Shown: positions 12,001-23,847 of the stretch, piece by piece
Numbering within the stretch: position 1 is the stretch's first letter
Layout: every line of letters begins with the position of its first letter
From: Anaeramoeba ignava BMAN
Taxonomy: Eukaryota > Protista > Anaeramoebae
Assembly: GCA_028826165.1 (NCBI GenBank)
Contig: JAPDFW010000063.1
Coordinates: 248,001 to 312,000 of the forward strand
DNA: 64,000 nt
Direction: 5' to 3'
Program-made: the position numbers and the translations under genes
The notes under the pieces: model-generated
What the model was told of the DNA's origin: nothing
What the model saw: the letters and a program-made list of their open reading frames with translations, nothing else
The model's database searches: none

Positions 12001-14796
12001 TAATCAAAAATTAAATCAAAAATTTAATCAAAAATTAAATCAAAAATAAAATCAAAAATTTAATCAAAAATTTAATCAAAAATTTAATTAAAAATTTAAT
12101 CAAAAATTAAATCAAAAATTTAATCAAAAATTAAAAACCAATTTATTAGTTGGTTTTGGATCATAAATTATTCACTAAAGGAGAACCAATACAAGATAAT
12201 TTACTTTGGGTTCTTGGTAAAAAAAATATTATTATTTTTTTTGATAATTTTCCAAATAAATTTTTTAATTAATTATTAAAAAATAATTTAAAAAAAACAA
12301 ATTAGAAATGATTCCTGGATATACTTGGTATGGAGATGTTACTGATTGGCTTAGAAATAGAACTTGGTATCCTTCAATTAATACACCAACTAATCTATTT
12401 TTATTTGATATTGCAGGATTTGCTGAAAAAGTGAAAGAAGTAAATAATATTTTCATTAAAAATTAAATTTAAAATTAAAATTAAAATTAAAATTAAAATT
12501 AAAATTAAAATTAAAATTAAAATTAAAATTAAAATTAAAATTAAAATTAAATTTAAAATTAAAAATTAAAATTAAAATTAAAATTAAAATTAAAATTAAA
12601 ATTAAAATTCATTTAAAAATTAAAATTAAAATTAAAATTAAAATTAAAATTAAAATTAAAATTAAAATTAAAATTAAAATTAAAATTAAAATTAAAATTA
12701 AAATTAAAATTAAAATTAAAATTTAAAATTAAAATTAAAATTAAAATTAAAATTAAATTTAAAATTAAAATTAAAATTAAATTTAAATTTAAAATTAAAA
12801 TTAAAATCAAAATTAAAATCAAAATTAAAATCAAAATTAAAATTAAAATTAAAAAATTAGGTTGGAAATTATTGGTCGTAAGATTATTATTCTTTTAATT
12901 CCTCTTTTCAAAAAGAAACAAAAAACAAAGAAAATAATAATTATAAAAAATAGATATTGGAATTGTTCAAGAATGTTAATAATGGAAAGAGATCTTAATA
13001 ATAAAGTTTATAGTTATGAAACATTTAAAGAATTTATGAGATATAATCATTATCAAGTTGATCCATTATCAAATGGAGATCCAGCTGAATCAATTTCATC
13101 TCGTTATGATTTGAGAATTACAAACACAAGTGATCATAAACTTCAAGCAGCTGCATTGTATTTAATTTAAATTCAAAAATAAGTTGATCTTTTTTTATTA
13201 ATTTTCTATTTATTTTATTTTCTATTTTTTTGATTTAGTGGAGCATTGTATTTTATTTATTTTTTTTAATTAAAATTTAAAATTCCAATAAAAAGTTGTT
13301 TTATTAATTTAATAGAGATTCTAAAACTGTAAATCATCTTCAAATTTTTGATATGCAATTTGATGCTGTTTCTTCACCAATTCATAAATGGGTTCCAGTT
13401 TGGGAATTTGGAGTTGGTAAAATATTAATAAATATTAAATATTAAATATTAAATATTAAATATAAAATATTAAATATTAAATAATAAATAATAAATATTA
13501 AATATTAAATATTAAATATAAAATAATAAATAATAAATAATAAATAATAAATAATAAATATAAAATATTAATAAATATTAAATATAAAATAAATAAAAAA
13601 TAATAAAATATAAAATTAAAATTAAAAAAATAATAAATAATAATCAAAAATAAATATTAAATATTAAATAATAAATTAAAAATAAAATTAAATAATAAAT
13701 AAAAATAAATAAAAATTAAATATTAAATAATAAATATTAAATATTAAATATTAATAAATATTAAATATAAATATTAAATAAAATAATAAATATTAAATAA
13801 TAAATATTAAATAATAAATAATAAATATTAAATAATAAATATTAAAATAAATATAAAATATAAAAATATAAAAAATAAAAAATATAAATATAAAAATAAA
13901 AATATAAAATATTAAAAAATTAAAATATTAAAAATTAAATATTAAATATTAAATATTAAAATAAATAAAAAAATAAATATTAAATAATAAATATTTAAAA
14001 TAAAATATAAAATATATATAATAAAATTAAATATTAAAATTAAAAATATTAAATAAATATTAAATATTAAATAATAAATAAAAAAATAATAAATAAATAA
14101 ACATTAAATAATAAATAATATTAAAATATTAAATATTAAAATAATAAATATAAATAAAAATATAAATATTAAATATTAAATATTAAATATTAAATAATAA
14201 ATATTAAATATTAAATAATAAATATTAAATATAAAATATAAAATATTAAATAATTAAATAATAAATAATAAATAATAAATATTAAATATTAAATATTAAA
14301 TATTAAATAATAAATATTAAATATTAAATATTAATTATTAAATAATAAATATTAATTATTAAATATTAAATATAAAATAGGAAAATGGGCAGATGTTCCA
14401 CATCAAGGAATTCCTCAAAGATGGGAATTTCCATGGCATGATTTCCAATCATTTGAAACAACAACATGTGGAGATTTAGCAACATGTGGAGATTGTATTC
14501 AATCAAGTTCATGTGGATGGTGTAATGATAGATGCCAAAAATATCCAGTTTTAGTAGGAGAAGAAAGTAATTGTCCTAATAATGATTGGATTCTTTATCA
14601 ATGTCCAGCCCCAAATCCAAGTACATCAACTACAAGTAGTTCTTCTGGTTTATCAACAGGTGGATGGGTTGGAATTGTTATTGCTGTTGCTGTTGTTTTT
14701 GGAGTTGTTGGATTCTTCCTTTCTTTATTCATCAAGAAAAAACGAAATTATAAACCAATTAATTCAGATGATACTGAAGATGATAATCTTATTTGA
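9099..14796 (+). CDS. Phospholipase B-like (PLBD/Ntn-hydrolase) protein with C-terminal PSI-like domain and transmembrane anchor; 12 exons
   Basis: Signal peptide; MYAAGFAEGYLT; HSHC|TGLVKV (nucleophile Cys); FSSYPG..FSVDDFY; NSGTYNNQW; FMRYNHYQVDPLS; ISSRYDL; FGALDSK; PHQGIP. The last exon gives TCGDCIQSSSCGWC, a Ser/Thr linker, a TM helix and the tail YKPI...DDNLI*. All introns are GT-AG. Confidence 0.9.
9262..9993 (+). repeat. (AAAATT)n satellite filling intron 1 of the phospholipase B gene
   Basis: Tandem hexamer between the donor G|GTTTG and the acceptor AAAAG|GT. Confidence 0.9.
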
Positions 14797-14914
14797 AAGG
14801 ATTAACAAAAATTCCTTTTTTTTTTCTTTTTTTTCCTCAATTCCACTTTTTTCTTTTTTCAAACAGAATTCAAACAATAAAACCCAAAAATTCAAAAAAT
14901 TTCATTTTAATTGA

Positions 14915-16078
14915 TTAATTCTTATTTATTATTATTTCAGGTCCATTCCCAATCTTTGTAAAAAAAATATATTTAATAAAATTCAATTCTTTTTCTTTCT
15001 TCATTACATTCATAAAAAGATTACTTAAATATTTCGGTTTATTTGTAAAAGTACTAAAATCATCTAAAACATCTTCAGGAAAAGAAAAAGAAAAATTGGA
15101 AAATAAAGTGGAACAAATTTTCTGTTTGTTTTCCTTTTGAAAAATAAGAACAGCATTAGGTCCTGCATCGAATGTATAAGCAACAATAGGAGACGTAGAT
15201 TTGTTGAGATCCTCCATTACACTAATAATTGCACGGGAGTTCTCGTTCAAATAAAACAAAGGAGGCGAACTATCCAAGCAAATAGAATGCAACTGATTGC
15301 TTTCTCTGATCACAATTTTCGCAAATTTCGCAAAGTTTTTTGCCTCAATAGCTTTCGTAATCTTCTCCATATGTTTGGGAACAATGCTTTCTGCGCGAAA
15401 GTTGAGGAGTTTGCTTGTCAGAACACTATTTTTCATTCCATCAGTACTTGGCACTTTTTTTGGATCAGAATTCACAACAACAATCATCACTCGTAGATCA
15501 GGCCAGTGAGCACTTGGAAAAACCTGTCGCGAAATGGAGTCGGTTCCATCAAGCTTTTCGCCTCGATCCCATGCAACAAAACCTCCAAAAAGACTTCGAC
15601 AAGCACTTCCAGATCCGATCCGGGCAATTTGGGAAAAAATTTCCAGATTTTTTCGATCATTTTTCTCAAACAAATTGGATTTTTCAATATCATCTTGTTC
15701 CAATTTGTACAGCGAATATGCGATGCAGGCATATCCAGAAGCAGAAGATGCGAGACCTGCTGCAGTAGGGAAATTATTTTCGGATATAATTTCATAATAT
15801 CGAGTTTTCCCAGATAAAAATTTCTCGCGAAATGAAGTCAATAATGAATGGAGTCTGCTTGATTTTTGGATTTTTGTTTCTTTTCCATTCAAGATGAACC
15901 GATCAGATTTCAAATCCATGTCGGTTTTAATGATTGTTTTTGTAAAAATATTTTTTTGACTAAGCGTTATACTTAAAGAAGAATTTAAAGGAAGAATTAA
16001 GGAATCATCTCTTTTTCCCCAATATTTCACAAGTGCAATATTCGGAGAAGCAATTGCTGTAATTTCTCTTTTTGACAT
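14915..16078 (-). CDS. MVD: Diphosphomevalonate decarboxylase
   Basis: NIALVKYWGKRD, LPLNSSLS, NNFPTAAGLASSASG, ARIGSGSACRSLFGG, AYTFDAGPNA. Intronless; first ATG at 16078. Confidence 0.97.
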   Translation of the reverse strand: MSKREITAIASPNIALVKYWGKRDDSLILPLNSSLSITLSQKNIFTKTIIKTDMDLKSDRFILNGKETKIQKSSRLHSLLTSFREKFLSGKTRYYEIISENNFPTAAGLASSASGYACIAYSLYKLEQDDIEKSNLFEKNDRKNLEIFSQIARIGSGSACRSLFGGFVAWDRGEKLDGTDSISRQVFPSAHWPDLRVMIVVVNSDPKKVPSTDGMKNSVLTSKLLNFRAESIVPKHMEKITKAIEAKNFAKFAKIVIRESNQLHSICLDSSPPLFYLNENSRAIISVMEDLNKSTSPIVAYTFDAGPNAVLIFQKENKQKICSTLFSNFSFSFPEDVLDDFSTFTNKPKYLSNLFMNVMKKEKELNFIKYIFFTKIGNGPEIIINKN

Positions 16079-16249
16079 ATTATGGAAATTATGGAGAAAC
16101 AAGAAACAAAAAAAAATAAAAATTATGTAATTTTTAAAAAAAAAATTAAAATTAAAAAATATTTTTTTTGTTTTTGTTTTTTTTCATTTTATTTTTTGGA
16201 AAATCCGTTGTGATAATTAAAACACTCTCTTCTTTATCTGGCTAATTTT

Positions 16250-17509
16250 ATGAATACTGTTGAATATTTTCTCACTCCCATTTTTGGGTTGAAGATCATT
16301 TTGGGTGAAAATTTATCAATCGAAAAATTTGAACAAAAAATCAAGTCGTTAGATAGCACTGCAGAATGGAGTAAAGATAAGATGATCTTTTATTTTCGAA
16401 GAGAACTTCTTTTGCAGAAACTAGAGCTCAAGGTTTGCGACTCTTATTATGAAGACTATCTCTCGGAAACACAGGGATACATGCTCATAACTGAACCGAC
16501 TTTGATCGGTCAGAATATCAAATTGGGATATACAAGCGAAGATCTGAAGGAAGAAAACGTGGGACAAGAAAAAATTGGAGATGAAGAGAAAGCCAAGGTT
16601 GAGGTTGTTGCTAAGAGGTTGATTAGTTTAAGTGAGAAGGAAATTAATCCAAAAGTGGAACAAGAAAAAATTGAGAAAATCAAGAATTTTTACGAACAAT
16701 TTTTTGGAGAGAAAGTGGATGAGAAGATTCAGATTCAGTGGTTCAACTTGGTGTATGTGAGTCTTGTTAAGCCTGAATTGAAATTTGGAGAATATTCACC
16801 TGATTTTGTTGAGTGGTTTAGAAAATATATGGAAAATAAATGGAAAGAAGAGAATAAATGGGTTGAAAAGCCGTTGAGTTTGCAAGATATTTCAGAAATT
16901 GAAGAGAAATGGAAGATCAAGTTTTCTGATGAGTATCGTGATTTCTTACAAAGATTACACACTTGTTCCAAAAAGGAAGTTAATTATCGATATATTTATT
17001 CTGAAGATAGTGATTTTGAATACGATCAAAATGCGCCTGATTATCAACAGAAAGAAGAAGAATACCATGAAAAACACCATATTCCTGTGGAGACTCATTG
17101 GATCATCGATTGGAAATGTGATGATGAAAAAGTCTTCGATCCAATTGAGCAAAAATTCCAACGTCCTCGTCAAGGTTTGGAATTCGATATTGAAAACAAC
17201 GATTTTTGGATGGATAGTTGGGGAGAATGTCCTGATGATATGGTGGATCGATTGGAAAAATTCTGGGAGATCTTTTCAAATGCGCCTAAATTAATTCCTG
17301 TTTATTCTCATCGATATGCTTTTTCTCAAGAACAAACAAATTGCAAAGCAATCATTTCCGTTCATCAATCTGACATTATTGTATACGGTTCAAACCTTGC
17401 TACTTATCTTCAAAATGAATTTTGTGGGACAAATGAAGAAATTAGTGATGAATTGATGGAAGAAGTTTATTCCGTTCCTTTTTGGGGAGAAATAATTCAA
17501 AATAATTAA
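16250..17509 (+). CDS. SMI1/KNR4 (SUKH)-family domain protein with an uncharacterised N-terminal half
   Basis: LSLQDISEIEEKWKIKFSDEYRDFL (SUKH N-terminal motif), then APKLIPVYSHRY and IISVHQSDIIVYGSNLATYLQNEF. Intronless. Confidence 0.75.
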   Translation: MNTVEYFLTPIFGLKIILGENLSIEKFEQKIKSLDSTAEWSKDKMIFYFRRELLLQKLELKVCDSYYEDYLSETQGYMLITEPTLIGQNIKLGYTSEDLKEENVGQEKIGDEEKAKVEVVAKRLISLSEKEINPKVEQEKIEKIKNFYEQFFGEKVDEKIQIQWFNLVYVSLVKPELKFGEYSPDFVEWFRKYMENKWKEENKWVEKPLSLQDISEIEEKWKIKFSDEYRDFLQRLHTCSKKEVNYRYIYSEDSDFEYDQNAPDYQQKEEEYHEKHHIPVETHWIIDWKCDDEKVFDPIEQKFQRPRQGLEFDIENNDFWMDSWGECPDDMVDRLEKFWEIFSNAPKLIPVYSHRYAFSQEQTNCKAIISVHQSDIIVYGSNLATYLQNEFCGTNEEISDELMEEVYSVPFWGEIIQNN

Positions 17510-17663
17510 AAAAAAAAAAAGCAAAAAAAAAATAATTCCCAAAAAAAAAAAAATTTTTTTTCTTTCAAAAAAAAAAAAAAACAAAATAAAAAAATCAAAT
17601 TGAAATGAAGAAAAGAAACAATTTTGTTTTTTAAAAAAAAATTTTGTTTAATTAATTAATTAA

Positions 17664-19435
17664 TTAATTGATAGATTTTTTTGGATCCAAAATTTCAGAA
17701 TCAATTTCAGAATTTGAATCAGAATTTGAAAGAGATTTTTCTGAAGAATTTCTAAATCTTTCATAATCAACATCTTCTTTAGTCATTGGAATTGTATCAT
17801 GAAGTGATTTATTCTTTTTTGAACAAGAAAACAAACCAAAAAGTTTGATTCTAACACGTTTAACAAAAAAAACAAATAAAATCACATCAAAAAATCCTTG
17901 AGTTGAAATTAAAAATGATTGAAAAATATCAAGAACAGGCCAATTTGTTGCATTTTTATCAGCCATTTGTCTTGCTCTTTTAAATGATGTTGGAAATATA
18001 ATAAGAATATAAATTATTGGAATCATTGTCATTCGAAGTTGAACTTTCATATTTTTTCTTAATTTTTTTTGTAAAATGTGATTTCTTATTTGCGAAATTT
18101 CTCGAAAAATTAATCGAATTTTGATAACTGTTGTTATATAAAATATAAGTGAAATTAAAAGGTATGCCCACCAAACTGAATATAATAAAATTGCTAAATC
18201 AATATTTTTAACCCAAATTTTAACCTAAATTTTATTTTTGAATTTGGATTTAAATTTGAATTTTAAATTTTAATTTTAATTTTAATTTTAAATTTTAATT
18301 TTAATTTTAATTTTAATTTTAATTTTGATTTTAATTTAAATTTTAATTTTAATTTTAATTTAGATTTGAATTTTAATTTTGATTTTAGATTTGAATTTTA
18401 ATTTGAATTTTAATTTGAATTTTAATTTAAATTTTAATTTTAATTTTAATTTGAATTTGAATTTTAATTTTGGATTTCATTTAAATTTGGATTTAAATTT
18501 AGATTTTAATTTAAATTTAATTTTAATTTGAATTTGGATTTAAATTTGAATTTGGATTTCATTTAAATTTAAATTTTGATTTGAATTTTAATTTTGATTT
18601 GAATTTTAATTTGAATTTTAATTTTAATTTTGGATTTCATTTAATTTTAATTTTGATTTTAATTTTGAATTTTAATTTTGGATTTTAATTTGAATTTTAA
18701 TTTTAATTTTGAATTTTAATTTTGATTTTAAATTAAATTTGAATTTAGATTTGAATTTTAATTTTGATTTTAATTTGAATTTTAATTTGAATTTGAATTT
18801 TAATTTAAATTTGAATTAGATTTTAATTTTTGGATCATTTCTGTTTTGGTTAATTTGTTTTTTTTGTTTGTTGATTCTATAAATTTTTTGTAAAAGAAAT
18901 CTTTTTTGCCAATCAAAAAAAACAAAAAACAAAATTTAAAAGAAAATTTAAAAGAAAAAAAATTGGCGAAACAAAAAAATAACAAAAAAGGAAAAAAGAA
19001 AAAACAAATAAAATACCAATAAGTAGCGCCATGATATTCAGGATCATAAAAAACAATAAAAATAATAGCCATAGTTGAAGAAATAACCCATAAAACAACA
19101 TGAGAAATTTTTTGAAATTTATCTAAATTATCTTTAGAAGTATTTTTAATAACTTTCAAAAAAGTAATAATAGAAATAACTCCATTCCAAAAAGCAGCCG
19201 TTGTGATAAAAAAAGAAATGAATATCGGTTGAACTTTGCAAATAAATCTATTATAACGTCCAGGAAACAAATATATCATAGCAGTTATTAAATCATATAC
19301 AGAAAGTATAAACACAAGTTTTCTATAAAATGTTCGGAATTCTGGAAATTTAAAATGAACAAATATAATTATTGCTGATCCTACTGTTCCTAATGATGAT
19401 CCTATTAATGCTGCAATTGTTGGTCCATAAACCAT
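17664..19435 (-). CDS. cAMP-receptor-like (cAR/Crl/GCR1-type) 7TM GPCR, copy A; 2 exons
   Basis: RKLVFILSVYDL, CKVQ, FWNGVISI, the YW|..WV junction and STQGFFDVILF. Intron about 19016-18225; the start of exon 2 is slightly corrupted relative to copy B. Confidence 0.8.
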
Positions 19436-20031
19436 ATTTATATTTATATTTTGATTTTGATTTTTATTTTTTTTATTTTATTTTTTTGGAAATGATTTGG
19501 AAATTAAAAAAGTGAAAAAAATTATGAAAAATTATGAAAAATTTGAAAAAAAAAAGTGAAAAAAAAAATGATTTTTTAATTTTCCAATTTTTTCATAAAT
19601 TTTTTTCAATAAAAAAAAAATGAACTCAAATACTTGATTAGAAATAAAATAATTATTTAATTATAAGATATTTAATTAAAAATAAAATATTTAATAATAA
19701 TAATAAAAGTGGAATAAAATAATTAATTAATTAAAAAAGTGGAATAAAATATTTATTTAATAAAAGTGGAATAAAATACTTAATTATAAAATATTTAATT
19801 AAAAAAGTGGAATAAAATATTTAATTAAAAAAAGTGGAATAAAATACTTAATTATAAAATATTTAATTAAGAATAAAATATTTAAATAATAATAAAAATG
19901 GAATAAAATATTTAATTAAGAATAAAATATTTAATAATAATAATAAAAATGGAATAAAATACTTAATTAAAAAAGTGGAATAAAATATTTATTTAATAAT
20001 AATAAAAGTGGAATAAAATATTTATTTGAAA

Positions 20032-21894
20032 TCATTTCTGACCATCGTTTATTGGTTTTGAATCAGAATCAGAATTAGAATCTTCTGAAGAATTTCTAAA
20101 TCTTTCATAATCAATTTCATCTTTTGATAAGGGAATTGCAGTAATAACAGCACGCTTTTGTTTTGAACAAGAACATAAAGCAAAAAGTTTAACTCGAACT
20201 CTCTTAATAAGAAAAACAAACAAAATAGAATCCCAAAAACCTTGAGTAGATAAGAAAAAGGCTTGAAACATATCAAGAACAAACCAAGGTTTTGCATTTT
20301 GATTAGCCATTTGTCTTGCTCTTTTGAATGATGTTGGAAATATTACTAAAATATAAATTATTGGAATCATTGTCATTCTAAGTTGTATTTTTGCTTCTTT
20401 TCTTTGCTTTTTTCGTAAATCATGATCTCTTATTGTTGAAATATCTCGAAAAATTTTTCGTATTTTAATTACTGTTGTAATATAAAATAAAACTGAAATT
20501 AATGCATAAGACCACCAAACTGAATATATCATAATTGTTATTTTAATTTCTTTAACCCAACACCTAAAATTGATTTAAGATTGAATTGAAATTGATTTAA
20601 AATTGATTTAAAATTGATATAAAATTGATTTGAAATTGATTTAAAATTGAATTTGAATTTTTAATTTTAAAATAAATTTAAAATTGATTTAAATTTGAAT
20701 TTTAAAATTTCCCTGATTTAAAATTGATTTAAAATTGATTTAAAATTGATTTAAATTTGAATTTAAAATTAATTTTAATTTTGATTTAAAATTGATTTTA
20801 AAATTGATTTTTGATTTAAATTTTGAATTAAAATTGAATTAAATTTTGATTTAAAATTTTGATTAAAATTGATATAAAATTTATTTAAAATTGATTTAAA
20901 TTTTAATATAAAATTAATATAAATTTAATATAAATTTGATATAAAATTGATATAAAAATTTAAAATTTAAAAATTGATATAAAATTTTAATTTTGATTTT
21001 AAATTTGATTTAAAATTGATTTAAAATTGATTTAAAATTGATTTAAATTTTAATTTAAATTGGATTTAAAATTGATTTGGATTTTAAAATTTTGATTTTA
21101 AATTTGGATTTAAATTTGAGTTTGAAATTTAAAATTGATTTAAAATTGATATAAATTTGATTTAAATTTGAATTTTAAATTTATTTAAATTGATTTAAAA
21201 TTGATTTTTAATTTTGATTTAAATTTGATTTAAAATTGATTTAAAAATTGAATTTAAAATTGATATAAAATTAATATAAAATTAATATAAAATTTAATAT
21301 AAAATTGATATTCTGTTTGATATAAAATTTGTTTTTGATTTAAAATTGATTTAAATTTGATTTAAAATTGAAATCTTTTTGCCAATCAAAAACAAAAACA
21401 AAATTAAAAAAAAAAATTTAAAAAGAAAAATTGCGAAACAAAAATAACAAAAAGGAAAAAGAAAAACAAATAAAAAACCAATAAGATTTAGTAGCGCCAT
21501 GATATTCAGGATCATAAAAACAATAAAAATAATAGCCATTAGTTGAAGAAATGAACCCATAAAATTGAATATGAGAAATTTTAAAATTTATCTAAATTAA
21601 TTTAAAATTATTTTTAAAACTTTCAAAAAGTAATAATAAAAATGATTTAAAATTCAATTTAAAATTGATAAAAAGAAATGAATATCGGTTAAAATTTATT
21701 TAAATCTATTATAACGTCCAGGAAAAAAATATAAAATAGCAGTTATTAAATCATATACAAAATTGATTTAAAGTTTTCTATAAAATGTTCGAATTTGGAA
21801 ATTTAAAATGAACAAATATAATTATTAAGATTGATCCTAAACTGTTCCTAATGATGATCCTAAAATGATATAAAATTGTTGGTCCATAAACCAT
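20032..21894 (-). pseudogene. Chimeric or corrupted GPCR copy (A-type exon 1 remnant plus B-type exon 2)
   Basis: Exon 2 protein is identical to 22255..22755. Region 21480-21894 resembles copy A exon 1 (MVYGPT) but has many indels and inserted AATTGATTTAAA words. Confidence 0.6.
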
Positions 21895-22254
21895 AATTAT
21901 ATTTATAATTTTGATTTTGATTTTTATTTTTGGAAATGATTTGGAAATTAAAAAGTGAAAAATTATGAAAAATTATGAAAATTTGAAAAAAGTGAAAAAA
22001 ATGATTTAAAATTTTCCAATTTTTCATAAATTTTTTTCAATAAAAAAAAAATGAACTCAAATACTTGATTAGAAATAAAATATTTAATTATTTAGAAATA
22101 AAATATTTATTTATAAAATATTTAATTAAAAAAGTGGAATAAAATATTTAATTAAAAAAGTGGAATAAAATATTTATTTAGGAATAAAATATTTATTTAA
22201 GAATAAAATATTTATTTAATAATAATAAAAGTGGAATAAAATATTTATTTAAAA

Positions 22255-23715
22255 TCATTTCTGACCATCGTTTATTGGTTTTGAATCAGAATCAGAATTA
22301 GAATCTTCTGAAGAATTTCTAAATCTTTCATAATCAATTTCATCTTTTGATAAGGGAATTGCAGTAATAACAGCACGTTTTTGTTTTGAACAAGAACATA
22401 AAGCAAAAAGTTTAACTCGAACTCTTTTAATAAGAAAAACAAACAAAATAGAATCCCAAAAACCTTGAGTAGATAAGAAAAAGGCTTGAAACATATCAAG
22501 AACAAACCAAGGTTTTGCATTTTGATTAGCCATTTGTCTTGCTCTTTTGAATGATGTTGGAAATATTACTAAAATATAAATTATTGGAATCATTGTCATT
22601 CTAAGTTGTATTTTTGCTTCTTTTCTTTGCTTTTTTCGTAAATCATGATCTCTTATTGTTGAAATATCTCGAAAAATTTTTCGTATTTTAATTACTGTTG
22701 TAATATAAAATAAAACTGAAATTAATGCATAAGACCACCAAACTGAATATATCATAATTGTTATTTTAATTTCTTTAACCCAACACCTAAAATTGAATTA
22801 AAATTGATATAAAATTGATATAAAATTGATTTAAAATTAATATAAAATTAATATAAAATTGATATAAAATTGATATAAAATTGATTTAAAATTAATATAA
22901 AATTAATATAAAATTGATTTAAAATTGATTTAAAATTGATTTAAAATTGATTTAAAATTGATTTAAAATTGATTTAAAATTGATTTAAAATTAATATAAA
23001 ATTGAATTAAAATTGAATTAAAATTGAATTAAAATTGATATAAAATTGATATAAAATTGATTTAAAATTGATATAAAATTGATTTAAAATTGATTTAAAA
23101 TTGATATAAAATTGATTTAAAATTGATATAAAATTGATTTAAAATTGATATAAAATTGATTTAAAATTGATTTAAAATTGATTTAAAATTGAATTAAAAT
23201 TGATTTAAAATTGATTTAGATTTAAAATTGATTTAAAATTGAATTTTAATTGTTGTTCCGATTTTTAATTGAAATTGAATTAATAAAATAAAATACCAAT
23301 AACTATCACCATTATATTCAGGATGATAAAAAATAATTAAAATAATAGCCATAGTTGAAGAAATAACCAACAAGATAATATGACAAATTTTTTGAAATTT
23401 ATCTAAAGTTTTAACAGGAGTTCTTTTAATAACAGTAAAAAAAGTAATAATAGAAATGACAGCATTCCAAAAAGCAGCAGTTGCAACAAAAAAAATAATA
23501 AAAATTGGTTGAATTTTGCAAATAAAATGATTATAATAACCAGGAAGTGAATAAATAAGTGCAGTTATTAAATCATATACAGAAAGTATAAATACAAGTT
23601 TTCTATAAAATGTTCTTAATTCTGGAAATTTAAAATGAACAAAAATAATTGTTGATGATCCAAAAATTCCTAAAGAAACTCCAAGTAAATCTGCTACTGT
23701 TCCGTAATGAACCAT
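22255..23715 (-). CDS. cAMP-receptor-like 7TM GPCR, copy B; exons 23715-23297 and 22786-22255
   Basis: A clean GT-AG intron restores YWCWVK; seven hydrophobic segments; paralogous to copy A. Confidence 0.85.
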
Positions 23716-23809
23716 ATTAATAAAATTTAAACTTGATTTTTTTTTGTTAAAAAACCTTTCAAAAAAAAATTAAAAAAGAGAAAAAAAAGGTGAAAAAAAA
23801 ATGATTTTT

Positions 23810-23845
23810 ATTTTTCATTTTTCATTTTTTCATTTTTTCATTTTT
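23810..23845 (+). promoter_or_regulatory. Repeated TTTTCATTTT initiator-like element
   Basis: Four tandem TTTCATTT directly before the PIG-S ATG; the same word precedes most ATGs in the window. Confidence 0.55.
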
Positions 23846-23847
23846 AA

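Noticed and set aside
15137-15817. Overlapping antisense ORFs within MVD (and similarly in VPS13, USP, FDP)
   Set aside because: Shadows of real coding strands with no recognisable motifs.
19640-20030. CRISPR-like repeat-spacer look
   Set aside because: Spacers are themselves repetitive and variable; eukaryotic context; no cas genes.
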